Source: Terrimicrobiaceae bacterium (GTDB lineage: Bacteria > Verrucomicrobiota > Verrucomicrobiia > Chthoniobacterales > Terrimicrobiaceae). Taken from it: a stretch of 45,931 nucleotides of DNA. The stretch is from positions 1 to 45,931 of the forward strand of contig JBGSVZ010000023.1 in the NCBI GenBank assembly GCA_041752695.1. Direction: 5' to 3'. This document shows, one piece after another, positions 27,992 to 37,350 of the stretch. Both the position numbers and the translations under genes were made by a program. Positions within the stretch are counted from its first letter, which is position 1. Each line of letters starts with the position of its first letter. The notes below the pieces were generated by a model. The model was not told the origin of the DNA. It searched no databases and was given only the letters and a program-made list of their open reading frames with translations.

Positions 27992-29011
27992 GTGAAATTC
28001 TCCGTCGCGACTCCTGTTTTTAACGGCCTGCCCTGGCTGCGCTGCTGCGTGGCCAGCGTGCGGGATCAGATTGAGGAGAAAGTGGAGAGCGAAAAGAGAA
28101 AAGAGGAAAAGTTGGATTCTCAATCGCCCCCCGCCATCTCCCATCTTCCATCTTCCATCTCCTCGACGCTTCGCGTCGAGCACCTCATTCAGGACGCGGG
28201 GTCTGACGGCATCGAGGATTTTGCCCACGAAACCGGCGCGGAGTTCGGAAATCGAAGTTCGGAGATCGGAGATCGGAGGCTGCCGCCAACTCCCAACTCC
28301 CATCTCCCATCTCCCACATCCCCGTACCGGCTCGCCATCTGCAGCGAGCCGGATCGGGGCATGTACGACGCAATCAACCGGGCGTGGCGCCGATCAACGG
28401 GCGACATCATCAGCTACCTCAACGCCGACGAGCAATACCTCCCGGAGACGCTGCGCAAGGTGGCGGACTTTTTTGCAGCGCATCCCGAGGTCGAACTCGT
28501 CTTCGGCGACGCCCTCCTCCTCAACGCGCAAGGCAAGCCCCTTTCCTACCGCCGCGTCGTCAAGCCCTCCCGCGCCCACACCCGGACCGTCCATCTGAGC
28601 ACATTGAGCTGTGCAATGTTTTTCCGTCGGACGCTGCTGGACCGGGGGTTTTACCTGGATGACCAGTGGAGGGCCATCGGGGACGCCGAGTGGGTCTGGC
28701 GGGTCCTGGGGGCCGGGGCCAGGACGGCAGTCATTCCCGAAGCATTGTCCGCCTTCACCATGACCGGGACCAATCTGGGTGCGACGCCCGCCTCGCTAAA
28801 GGAGGCGGAAGCCTGGCGGCAGGGCGGATCGGGCCTCGAGCGTCGGGCCGCCCCGTTGCTCCGGGTCATCCACTGGGCGCGGAAAGCCGCCGCCGGTGCC
28901 TACCGGAAGCGGGCCATCGATACCGCGGTCTTCACCTGCGAATCGCCTCACCAAAGAGTCCGCATCACCCACGAGGGATTGGGGTCGGCCTGGCCGGGAG
29001 CGGGAGGCTGA
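27992..29011 (+). CDS. Glycosyltransferase family 2 with two in-frame repeat-derived insertions
   Basis: 'FSVATPVFN', 'EHLIQDAGS', 'SEPDRGMYDAIN', 'YLNADE'; low-complexity inserts absent from the paralog at 44942. Confidence 0.9.
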   Translation: MKFSVATPVFNGLPWLRCCVASVRDQIEEKVESEKRKEEKLDSQSPPAISHLPSSISSTLRVEHLIQDAGSDGIEDFAHETGAEFGNRSSEIGDRRLPPTPNSHLPSPTSPYRLAICSEPDRGMYDAINRAWRRSTGDIISYLNADEQYLPETLRKVADFFAAHPEVELVFGDALLLNAQGKPLSYRRVVKPSRAHTRTVHLSTLSCAMFFRRTLLDRGFYLDDQWRAIGDAEWVWRVLGAGARTAVIPEALSAFTMTGTNLGATPASLKEAEAWRQGGSGLERRAAPLLRVIHWARKAAAGAYRKRAIDTAVFTCESPHQRVRITHEGLGSAWPGAGG

Positions 29012-29170
29012 AAAAGGGGGTTCGGAAAACCGATGGGCTGCGTTGGAAGCCTGGTCGGCGCTTCGCGTTCGTTGCAGCGCATTCGTTGCAGCGCATTCAC
29101 ACAAGAGCGCTCGCGCGCGGGCGTGTAGCAGACGATGGGACCCAGACGAAAGGCGGGGTCGGGTCAGCGA

Positions 29171-29198
29171 TTGCATTTCTCCTTCCTCCGCGTAGAAT
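29171..29198 (+). promoter_or_regulatory. Sigma70-like promoter for the MazEF-like pair
   Basis: TTGCAT -16 nt- TAGAAT, ATG 6 nt downstream. Confidence 0.6.
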
Positions 29199-29204
29199 CT
29201 TCCC

Positions 29205-29393
29205 ATGAGCTTCGCGGAAATCCTAGAGCATGTCCCCAGGCTGACCCACACCGAGCGGCGTGAATTATTCCTGCAAGTTATGAGCCTCGAGCCGGAAAGT
29301 GAAGATATTGCGCTGTGTGATCATGTCGCAAGAGAAGGCTTTGCGCTCCTCGACCAAATGGAAGTCGCAGATGATCGGCATTGCACATCTTGA
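29205..29393 (+). CDS. Putative antitoxin
   Basis: 62-aa acidic ORF ('MSFAEILEHVPRLTHTERREL') directly upstream of and overlapping the MazF gene. Confidence 0.65.
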   Translation: MSFAEILEHVPRLTHTERRELFLQVMSLEPESEDIALCDHVAREGFALLDQMEVADDRHCTS

Positions 29394-29707
29394 AAACGAT
29401 TGAGCGTGGGGAAATCTGGCAGATCGATATGGGAATTGCCGGCAAAGTCCGGCCGTGCTTGCTTCTCACCAGCTATCCTGCGGACAACGAACTGGCCATG
29501 GTAACAGTAATTCCTCACACAACCGCGCTCAGAGGAAACCCATGGGAACTCTCGATTCCCAAGAGTTTTTTGAAAGACGGCGCATCTCATTTTCAGCAAA
29601 TCCAGTCGGCCAGTATTGCCCGCCTCATACGAAGAATCGGATGCCTGACCGATGCCGAAATGGCACAGGTCGAAGATACCTTGCGTCGATTGCTTCATCT
29701 CCCCTGA
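29381..29707 (+). CDS. mazF: PemK/MazF-family endoribonuclease toxin
   Basis: 'RGEIWQID.G..GKVRPCLLL', 'VTVIPHTT', 'RRIGCL'. Confidence 0.9.
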   Translation: MHILKTIERGEIWQIDMGIAGKVRPCLLLTSYPADNELAMVTVIPHTTALRGNPWELSIPKSFLKDGASHFQQIQSASIARLIRRIGCLTDAEMAQVEDTLRRLLHLP

Positions 29708-29938
29708 AAAGCCCAACCCGGGGGCTCATGTTTCTTTGCAACAGCCGGACGAAATCCCCATCTGCCGTGAGATCCATCGATAACAGGCAGGGTGGTTTTT
29801 AGAAAACCTACTCCTTCACTTGAACTTACCCCGACTCGCACCTCCTGCCAAAAATTATGCGCTGGTTGAGGAGGACTTTTAGGCCGCAATCTCTGGGGCC
29901 AGTCCCGGATGGCACTAAGATAGGGGCCTTTTGAGATG

Positions 29939-29995
29939 TGGGGCAGCCGTCCCGGCTGCCTCCCGCCCCGGGGGAATGCAAGGACGCCTGCTCCA
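29939..29995. repeat. REP inverted pair
   Basis: TGGGGCAGCCGTCCCGGCTGC ... GCAAGGACGCCTGCTCCA (reverse complement TGGAGCAGGCGTCCTTGC). Confidence 0.65.
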
Positions 29996-30163
29996 ATTTC
30001 CTTATCTTCGTGCCATACGGAAGGGCATCAGGAGACGGAACCCCCTAAGTGGCGAGGAACCTTTTTCCAGCTCCTTGCTTTTCAACAACGCGAATATCCC
30101 GCAACCTAACCACTCCACCCAGTGCCAGAGCCCATTGCACCTCCATTTCACAATCCCACGCAA

Positions 30164-30787
30164 ATGAACGTTAAAACCAAATTGAAGCGGATAGCCAAAA
30201 AACTCCCCCTCCTCCCATCGCTCGCCGCCTCGCTGGGATACGGAGGTGCGCGTCTCAAAGCTCTAAAGTCTCTGCCCAAAAATGGGGTCGGCGCAGAAAT
30301 CGGCGTCCATCTCGGCGACTTCAGCCATCTCATTCTCGATATCGCCCAACCCAAGAAGCTCTATTTGATCGACCCATGGAAGGCTTTTCAGAGCGAGGAA
30401 TACCAAGAGTCCTGGTATGGCCAGTCCACCCCGCAATCAGCCATGGATGAACGACATCAGGGGGTGTGTTCGAGGTTCCAAAGCCGGATCCAACAGGGAC
30501 AAGTTGAGGTCCTGCGGCAGTTTTCAAATACCGCCCTCTCGTCACTGGCTGATGAATCCCTCGATTTTGTTTACATCGACGGCGACCACACCTACGAGGG
30601 CGCGAAACAAGATCTGGAACTTTCCTTCGCCAAATTAAAAAAGGGCGGGCTGATGACGGGCGACGATTATGGCCCTGGCGATTGGTGGCAAGGCGGAGTC
30701 AAAAAGGCCGTGGACGAGTTCGGATGGAATTCCGGGGTGAAGCTTCTTTGGATCGAGAATACCCAGTTCGTCCTCCAGAAAATTTGA
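30164..30787 (+). CDS. Class I SAM methyltransferase (Methyltransf_24-like)
   Basis: 'GAEIGVHLG', 'LIDPW', 'DFVYIDGDHTY', 'GDDY'; ATG 30164 chosen. Confidence 0.88.
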   Translation: MNVKTKLKRIAKKLPLLPSLAASLGYGGARLKALKSLPKNGVGAEIGVHLGDFSHLILDIAQPKKLYLIDPWKAFQSEEYQESWYGQSTPQSAMDERHQGVCSRFQSRIQQGQVEVLRQFSNTALSSLADESLDFVYIDGDHTYEGAKQDLELSFAKLKKGGLMTGDDYGPGDWWQGGVKKAVDEFGWNSGVKLLWIENTQFVLQKI

Positions 30788-30848
30788 TCGAGAAAGCCTG
30801 GGGTCCGCTAAATGGTTCCCGGAGGTTCCGCCGCCGCCATGGCCCGTT

Positions 30849-31420
30849 CGTGAGAGAACCCGCCCCGGCGGTGCGGCCTACAGCAGACGATAGCGTGGGT
30901 GTGCAGCTTTTCAGCTTTCCTCGTTGCCGCTCTTTCCCCCATCTAGCAGGCGTCCCATTTGCGTCTCTTGCGCTTTTTTGATTCGCTCTGCTCACCCTTG
31001 CAGGGCTGCCTTTGGCACTCGGTCTCCCTTCGGTCGGCTGCGGCCCTACTCTCCGCGCTCCCACCCTCCAGTGTTCAGCCTTTCAGCGTTTCGGCTTTTG
31101 CCTCCCGGCCAAACATTTTGATTCCCTCTTTCGGGATCGTCCGGACTTCACCGGACTGGTTTTCAACTTTCCTCGTTGCCGCTCACGCCTCCCGGCGTGT
31201 AGCGCCCTTCGGGCTGCGAATCCTTTGGGCTGCCTGCGGCAGGCTATGTCCGTTGCTCCCGCGACTTCCTTTCGGTTGCCTTCCGGGTTGTGCTCCCGCA
31301 CCAGACAGTCGAATTTGCCCTCAAGGAGACGCGCTCGCGCGCTGGTCTTCACGCTCGACTTTCCCTACACACGATAGCGCTATCGCGCGGGTGTTCAGCG
31401 TTTTAGCTTTTCAGTTCTTT
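30849..31420. repeat. Mosaic intergenic repeat region (TTTCAGC 8-mer arrays with nested REP-like elements)
   Basis: Segments match 21757-21777, 38921-38992 (reverse complement), 39964-40085 and 40231-40256; TTCAGC 8-mers at ~30903, ~31073, ~31394. Confidence 0.85.
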
Positions 31421-32244
31421 CCCCTCACCTTTCCCGCCACCCACTCGGAGATGAGGCGGGCACTGGGGCCATTGAGGTGGAGGCCGTCGGAGAAACGCAG
31501 GGTGTTTCCGGAGGTCTGGTAAATTTCCGGCCCGGGTTGCCAGAAGGGGGCGTTGAGTTCCGCCGCCAGCTGCCGGGCCGGGCCTTGGGCGAAATCCGCC
31601 CAACCGGCGCCCTGAGGGATCTCTAGGAAAATGATCTCCGCTCCCGCCTGCTGGTATTTCTGGAGGTGGGCTTTGATGGCTCCGTAGGTCTCCGGGAGTG
31701 GGGCGGGTGAGGTGTCTGGGCGGGGCACCATGGGTTCCCGGCTGATCCCGCCGCCCGTGCTTTCGCGGAGGGCTTTGAATTTCTCATAGATCACGGAGGA
31801 CGGACGCATCTCGGGTCGCAGGGCGGGGACAACGGAGCTTAGCCCGACGGTGGGCGAGTTCATCGCATTGCGGAGGGTGTCGTCATTGGCTGTGAGCGGC
31901 TGGAAGAGGGTGGACGTATCCACCAGAATTCTGCGGGGCGGCTCCCCTTTGCGGTCAAGAATCTCAAAGGCAAAGAGCGGACGGCTGCCGTCGAGGCCGA
32001 GATTGGCGACATTAAGGCCTGCTGGCCGGAAATAGTCGGGGAGCAAACGCCCTGCGATCGACGAGCCCACCAGGACCGCGTCGGGCGGGGGGCCATTGAG
32101 GTAACGCGTGATGCGGATGAGGTTGGCCTGGAGATTGGATTCCGCGAGGTCGGCTCTGGAACCCGTGAGGGCGGTGACCGCCATCCAGGCCACCAGCAGG
32201 ACGGCGGCCAGGAGGAGAATCCGGACGGGAAATCGACGGTTCAT
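31411..32244 (-). CDS. SGNH-hydrolase-like O-acyltransferase partner (AlgJ/DltD-like role)
   Basis: N-terminal TM anchor, 'LVGSS', 'NLGLDGS', 'FSDGLHLN' (DxxH); coupled by TGATG to the MBOAT gene. Confidence 0.7.
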   Translation of the reverse strand: MNRRFPVRILLLAAVLLVAWMAVTALTGSRADLAESNLQANLIRITRYLNGPPPDAVLVGSSIAGRLLPDYFRPAGLNVANLGLDGSRPLFAFEILDRKGEPPRRILVDTSTLFQPLTANDDTLRNAMNSPTVGLSSVVPALRPEMRPSSVIYEKFKALRESTGGGISREPMVPRPDTSPAPLPETYGAIKAHLQKYQQAGAEIIFLEIPQGAGWADFAQGPARQLAAELNAPFWQPGPEIYQTSGNTLRFSDGLHLNGPSARLISEWVAGKVRGKN

Positions 32245-33734
32245 CAGAATTGAAAGTAGATAAATTCTCCCGGGCTGCCGGAGTTTGTCAGGATCAGAAC
32301 CAGCATGACCGCATACGCAAAGTCGGTGAGAAACGCCCACCGCGGACTCTGCGCCGGTGAGACTTCCGATCCCTCCAGACGGGTTCTCAGCAAGGCCCAG
32401 AGGTGATACAAAACAACAGGCGACCCGAAGATCACGACGACGTAAAGGGGCTGCGGCAAAAACCCGGACTTCCAGGCCAGCAGTTCCCGGCAGTAGAGCA
32501 GGGCCTGGTCAAACTTCGGCAACTGGAAAAGCAGCCAGAGCAGGCTGACCACGTGAAAGGTGAGGAGGATTTGTGCGCCCCGCACGACAACGGCGCCCCA
32601 GCCCCGACGGTCCGTCGCGCCAGCCCCGCCGAAGCGCGAGGCCCAGAGGCGCTCGAAAGCCAGAAAGACCCCATGGGCTCCGCCCCAGACCATGTAGCTC
32701 CAGGCCGCTCCATGCCAAAGGCCTCCCAGCAACATGACAATAATGAGGTTGGTGTACGTGCGGACGGCCCCCTTGCGATTCCCCCCCAGCGGGATGTAGA
32801 GATATTCTTTCAGCCAGGTGGAAAGCGAGATATGCCACCGGCGCCAAAACTCCGTGATCGATCCCGAGATGTAGGGAAAGTTGAAATTGACCGGCAATTG
32901 ATAGCCAAAAAGCCGGGCCAGTCCGATGGCAATAAGCGAGTAGCCGGCGAAGTCGGCAAAGATCTGGAACGAATATCCGTAGAGGAGAAAGAGCAGGTTG
33001 ATCCCGGGCATTCCGACAAAGGCTGGATAGGAAAGGGACGCCGTCGCCTCCTTGAGGTTGTCCGCCACGACCATCTTGAAAAAATACCCCATGATCAGAT
33101 TTTTGACGGCATTCTCCCAGTCGACGTTGGCCAAAAACTTCCCCCCGATCTGGTGCATGAATTCATGCGCCTTCACGATGGGCCCTGCCACCAACTGCGG
33201 GAAAAAGGCCTTAAAGAAAGCCATCCTCATCGCCAGCCACCCCGCCTCCCCGGCGGTGTGCGGCGTCTCGACTCCGGGAATTCCGCGGGGCCCGGCGCGA
33301 TAAACATCCACGACGAGACTGATCCCCTGGAAGGTGAAAAAGGAAATGCCCACCGGCAGCGGGATCTGGGAGAAGTCGAATCCCCACTGAGCCCACAGAC
33401 TCTCGGGAAAGAAACTTTTCACCAGCAGCGAGGCGTATTTGAAAAATGCCAGGACGGCCAGATTCGCCACCACCGCAAAGGTCAACAACCCCTTCCGCCC
33501 CTCCGGGGTCGCGTCTTTCGCAACGAGTCGGATGGTCACCCAGGCATTGATCCAGGTGGACGCCGCCAGGACAAAAACCAGCCACGGGGTGTGCCAGGCG
33601 TAAAAGACATAACTCGCCAGGGTGAGCAGAGTCACCTGAATGACTGCGCGCCATCGCGCCGGCCAGGGAAGAAAATGGTATGCTCCAAAAGTCGCCGCCA
33701 GGAAGACGAGAAAGGTCCAGGAGTTGAAGAGCAT
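32244..33734 (-). CDS. algI: MBOAT-family O-acyltransferase (AlgI/DltB-like)
   Basis: 'MLFNS', 'LPVGISFFTFQ', 'FFPQLVAGPI', 'DFAGYS', 'FWRRWHISLSTWLKEYLYIPLGG', 'GLWHGA'. Confidence 0.93.
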   Translation of the reverse strand: MLFNSWTFLVFLAATFGAYHFLPWPARWRAVIQVTLLTLASYVFYAWHTPWLVFVLAASTWINAWVTIRLVAKDATPEGRKGLLTFAVVANLAVLAFFKYASLLVKSFFPESLWAQWGFDFSQIPLPVGISFFTFQGISLVVDVYRAGPRGIPGVETPHTAGEAGWLAMRMAFFKAFFPQLVAGPIVKAHEFMHQIGGKFLANVDWENAVKNLIMGYFFKMVVADNLKEATASLSYPAFVGMPGINLLFLLYGYSFQIFADFAGYSLIAIGLARLFGYQLPVNFNFPYISGSITEFWRRWHISLSTWLKEYLYIPLGGNRKGAVRTYTNLIIVMLLGGLWHGAAWSYMVWGGAHGVFLAFERLWASRFGGAGATDRRGWGAVVVRGAQILLTFHVVSLLWLLFQLPKFDQALLYCRELLAWKSGFLPQPLYVVVIFGSPVVLYHLWALLRTRLEGSEVSPAQSPRWAFLTDFAYAVMLVLILTNSGSPGEFIYFQF

Positions 33735-33923
33735 TCCGGGTTCCTTTTAGTCGAGATGGCAGGGGAGGAAATAAAAATTGCGGGATTAACCCTCGCCCGT
33801 CAGGGGGCAGAACTGGCAAAGAGGGTTTGGCCGCTCCACATTTTCCCGCGATGAATCTCCAGAACCCGCCATGGCAACCCCCGCTCCCGTGGAGGGAGTC
33901 GCAGAGGCCTTGAGAAATTCCCC

Positions 33924-34538
33924 ATGAACATCTTCCAAAAATGCGTGGCCGCCGTGCGGCACCCGCGGGAAGCCCTCCTCAGGCTGGCTCACCTGATGGA
34001 CCGCCGGAGCGTCCGGAAGGTGACCGTGGACGGCGTACTCTTTCACCACTATGAGGGTCGGCTTTACCCGGATGCTCTTAACCACGGCAACGCCATGGCG
34101 CACATCCGGGAGAAGGCGCTGACATTTTGCACCGGGGTCGGCCTCGATATCGGGGCGGATCAATGGCCGCTACCGGGCGCCACTCCGGTGCGGGAGGAGG
34201 AGGACTGCAACGCCTTCCGGCTGGATCGATTCGCCGACGGATCGATGGACTATATTTTCAGCTCCCACTGTCTGGAACATCTGGACCGCTGGGAAGACGC
34301 CCTCGCTCTGTGGATCACCAAACTGAAGCCGGGAGGGATCCTTTTTCTCTACCTTCCCCATGAATCCATGGCGCTCTGGAAACCGGGAGGCCCTTGGTCA
34401 TGGACGGCGCACAAGTGGCAGCCGCGGACGGGCATTCTGGTGCCGTTCCTCAAAGGGAGCGGGATGGGCATCGTCGAACAGGAGGACGGCCCGGATGGTT
34501 ATGCCAGCTTCTGGGTGGCGGCCCGCAAGCCATGTTGA
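33924..34538 (+). CDS. Class I SAM methyltransferase
   Basis: 'GLDIGA', 'DYIFSSHCLEH', 'LKPGGILFLYLP'. Confidence 0.88.
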   Translation: MNIFQKCVAAVRHPREALLRLAHLMDRRSVRKVTVDGVLFHHYEGRLYPDALNHGNAMAHIREKALTFCTGVGLDIGADQWPLPGATPVREEEDCNAFRLDRFADGSMDYIFSSHCLEHLDRWEDALALWITKLKPGGILFLYLPHESMALWKPGGPWSWTAHKWQPRTGILVPFLKGSGMGIVEQEDGPDGYASFWVAARKPC

Positions 34539-35386
34539 GGGTTCAGACCTGGGGCGGGTGGGGCGATGTTCTTAGAGAGATCAGCCTGCTCCCGCTGTCC
34601 GGGCCACACCGACCAGGCTGGAGAAGCTGTCCCCGCGTCCGGGTGAGCCACCTCCCCGCCGCGTCCGCGGGCCTCCGCGAAGACGCCAAAGTGCCGCCGC
34701 CGGAAGCGGTGGAAGATCTGCTGGCGCGGTGTCCCGGTGTGATGTGGGAGGGAGTCCGTCCGCTCCCCCGCATCCACAAAGCGCCAGCTCGGGCGGTCCG
34801 CGCCGTTCTGGAACCGTGGCACCCTGGGCTCTATGACCCCGGGTTTGTCTGGCGGGCGGAAGATGCCATCGACCTCGACCGCACCAAAAACCACATCGTG
34901 GTGCAGACTCATCTGGATGGCCTGCCATGCAAACGCTGGGGCGTCTCCTCGTGGCAGGAAGTCCTCGCGGGCTTGCGAAATCGATACCCCGCCGCCTGCC
35001 TGCATGTTCTCGATCCGGCAGGGGCGTCACTCCGGGCAGACGGCATCGTCGTGCACGACCGGCTGAGTTTTCCCCAAGCGATTCGGCTGGTGGAAAATTG
35101 CGCGCTGCTGGTCTCGGTGGATTCGTGGTCGAAATACGTCGCGGGATGGCGGGACATCCCACAGGCGGTCATCGTACCCGACCAAACTCCCGACTACCCT
35201 CAGCTCACCGCTTCGGCCGTCTGGCGCCATTCATTTCGCGGGCTGCACCGCAACTCCCAGATGGTTCTCATTGGGCTGGAGCCGGACACCCCGCGGTCCG
35301 CCCACTACACCCTGGACTCGATGAACAGCCTCTCCGCCGGGCAGGTCGTTGCAGCCATCGACCGACTTGGGGCGAAACTTGCTTAG
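34532..35386 (+). CDS. GT9 (heptosyltransferase)-like glycosyltransferase
   Basis: 'GGWGD' N-terminus, 'KRW...W', 'LLVSVDS'; start reset to ATG 34532. Confidence 0.65.
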   Translation: MLRVQTWGGWGDVLREISLLPLSGPHRPGWRSCPRVRVSHLPAASAGLREDAKVPPPEAVEDLLARCPGVMWEGVRPLPRIHKAPARAVRAVLEPWHPGLYDPGFVWRAEDAIDLDRTKNHIVVQTHLDGLPCKRWGVSSWQEVLAGLRNRYPAACLHVLDPAGASLRADGIVVHDRLSFPQAIRLVENCALLVSVDSWSKYVAGWRDIPQAVIVPDQTPDYPQLTASAVWRHSFRGLHRNSQMVLIGLEPDTPRSAHYTLDSMNSLSAGQVVAAIDRLGAKLA

Positions 35387-35529
35387 AGCGTGTCGAAAGA
35401 TGCAAACCCTGGGTTGCGAGAACCGAAGCGAAGTGGAGATAGCCGGAGCGAAGCGAAGCCCGAAGGGGGGTGCAGCCAGCAACCCGCATCCCTCCATTTG
35501 CCCCCAAAATCCGCAGTTTTAGACACGCT
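35387..35529. mobile_element. Putative MITE (terminal inverted repeats, nested REP-like hairpin)
   Basis: AGCGTGTCGAAA ... TTTAGACACGCT; left end abuts the TAG stop of the upstream gene; no coding capacity. Confidence 0.5.
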
Positions 35530-35658
35530 GTGAGAGGCCGTCCGAAAACTCGAAAGCTGGAGCGATTCAGATTGATTCGTCCCGCAGAGCGGCAAGGGCC
35601 TGCCGCCCTCCATCAATACACTTTTCAGCGTCTTTTCCGCTTTTCGCCTTTCGCTTTC

Positions 35659-37158
35659 CTATTTCTCCTTCCGTCGCCAGACTTCGAAGGCCTGAAATTG
35701 GGCCTGTTTTTCGTAAGCGCCGGATTGGATCGCCTCCCGTGCAGCACCCGGTGCGTCAAAGTTCTCCGGCCGGGAAATCACAATCGCATCGGGGGCTTCC
35801 GCCGTGAGCGGAGCGAGATTCATGGCAAAGATGATTCCGGGACCTCTCTCCACGAAGGGGATTCCGTAATATTCGCCGCCGGCAAAGTCGGCAACCCACC
35901 ACACCGTATCCTCCGTAGCCATGCTTGTCGCCACCCTTGCCGCATCGCGATAATTGTCGTGGCGGTGGTAGGGAAGGAGTCGGACGGATGCTGCGGAGAC
36001 GACCAGCATCAGACACACGGCGGCGACTCCGAATCGTCCCACGCGTCGCCAGAGGCCCTGCGTCGCCCAGTGCAGCAGCACGGCCAGCGCCGTCACGGCG
36101 AACGGGAGCGAACCGGCGAGATTTCGACCCCAAAAGGGGCTCCCATACGCGGTAGACAGGCAATAAATGAAAAAAACGCTCAGACCGGGAACTGCCGCGC
36201 AGAAAAGCCAAAGCCGGAAGGACGGCGCGCGCGGACCACACTCCGCGCGGGTGAGCCAGGATTTGACCGCCGCCACGGTGACGAGCCCATAGGCCAACGC
36301 GAGGGCCAGCCATCCTGGAAGATGCACCAGAAGCTCCGATGGGGGAGCCATCCCTCGCAATATCTCCCGGAAATCCTGCCGGCCGGGACCCAGCCCGGTA
36401 AAACCCATAAACTCATACGCGACCACCAGGAGGTTAAACGGCGTCACCGCCCACAACTTCGCGCCCCCAGCCCCGCGCAGGATGGTGGAAAAATAATAGA
36501 CCCCCAAAATCGCCAGCACAGCGGCCGTGCCAAAGAGAAAAATTTTCGACCCCCGCGGCACGAGCAGATTCCTCCAGGCGGCCGAACCTAGAAGGAACAT
36601 TAACACCACCGCCAAAAGCACCACGCCAGAGATATTTGCCCCGCACAAAATGAGAGAGCCCAGGGACAGCAGAAGGGCAATCTTCAACCAGTCGCTGGAT
36701 CCATTGAGCAACTTGATGGTGCCCGCCAGTAGCAAAGCGCCCCCTGCCATCTCCATGAGAGCCGTCCTCGCAAAATCCATGGAATACCAGACGAAGGGTT
36801 GGATGGCGAAAAGGAGCGGCACCCAGCGGATGCCCGTCTCCCGGGCAACAACAACCAGGGCAGACAATGCCACCGCCAGCCAGAGCAGATTGATCGACCT
36901 CATGCCCGATTCCGTCGTCCCGAAAAGTCGCGACCACCCCCACGCCGCCAGCATTCCGAGCGGCATCTGCGCCTCAATTTTCCGGTCAGCCTGCAGATTC
37001 GCGATCACCTCAGCCGCGGAAGCCAGCCGCGCATAACCCCAGGTCTGTGACTCCTCCAAGTCAATGCTCTGGCGGGACAGCGACGGAACGAGAACAAAAA
37101 AACTCAGGACCGCAATCGCCCAGGGGGGCACGCGCAACAGCCGTTGCAAAAGTTTCAT
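35659..37158 (-). CDS. GT-C-like polytopic membrane glycosyltransferase (PMT/ArnT-like)
   Basis: 'QSIDLEES' acidic first loop, 'FGTTESGMRS', many TM helices, C-terminal periplasmic domain; start uncertain (37158 or 37260). Confidence 0.65.
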   Translation of the reverse strand: MKLLQRLLRVPPWAIAVLSFFVLVPSLSRQSIDLEESQTWGYARLASAAEVIANLQADRKIEAQMPLGMLAAWGWSRLFGTTESGMRSINLLWLAVALSALVVVARETGIRWVPLLFAIQPFVWYSMDFARTALMEMAGGALLLAGTIKLLNGSSDWLKIALLLSLGSLILCGANISGVVLLAVVLMFLLGSAAWRNLLVPRGSKIFLFGTAAVLAILGVYYFSTILRGAGGAKLWAVTPFNLLVVAYEFMGFTGLGPGRQDFREILRGMAPPSELLVHLPGWLALALAYGLVTVAAVKSWLTRAECGPRAPSFRLWLFCAAVPGLSVFFIYCLSTAYGSPFWGRNLAGSLPFAVTALAVLLHWATQGLWRRVGRFGVAAVCLMLVVSAASVRLLPYHRHDNYRDAARVATSMATEDTVWWVADFAGGEYYGIPFVERGPGIIFAMNLAPLTAEAPDAIVISRPENFDAPGAAREAIQSGAYEKQAQFQAFEVWRRKEK

Positions 37159-37350
37159 CAAGGAATGACGATTACTGGCATACAACACGGGGCATTTTTG
37201 GGCGGCAGCTTCCTGCACCAGTTGGAGTGTGGAACAAAAAATCACCCACGGCGAGACCATTCTCCCGATCCCCGCGCGGTGCCGTCTATCATCCGGGGTC
37301 AGAGGTCGCCCCTCCCGAGGAAATCTCCCCGCATGGCAAGCACCCTTCAG

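Noticed and set aside
30959..31522. ORFs over repeats (also 22581..22820, 38818..39121, 39884..40267) sharing peptides such as AACGRLCP
   Set aside because: The shared peptides reflect DNA repeats; there is no evidence they are coding
32403..33854. 483-aa plus-strand ORF
   Set aside because: Antisense shadow of the MBOAT gene; no motifs
35470..36591. 373-aa plus-strand ORF
   Set aside because: Antisense shadow of the GT-C-like gene; begins inside a repeat
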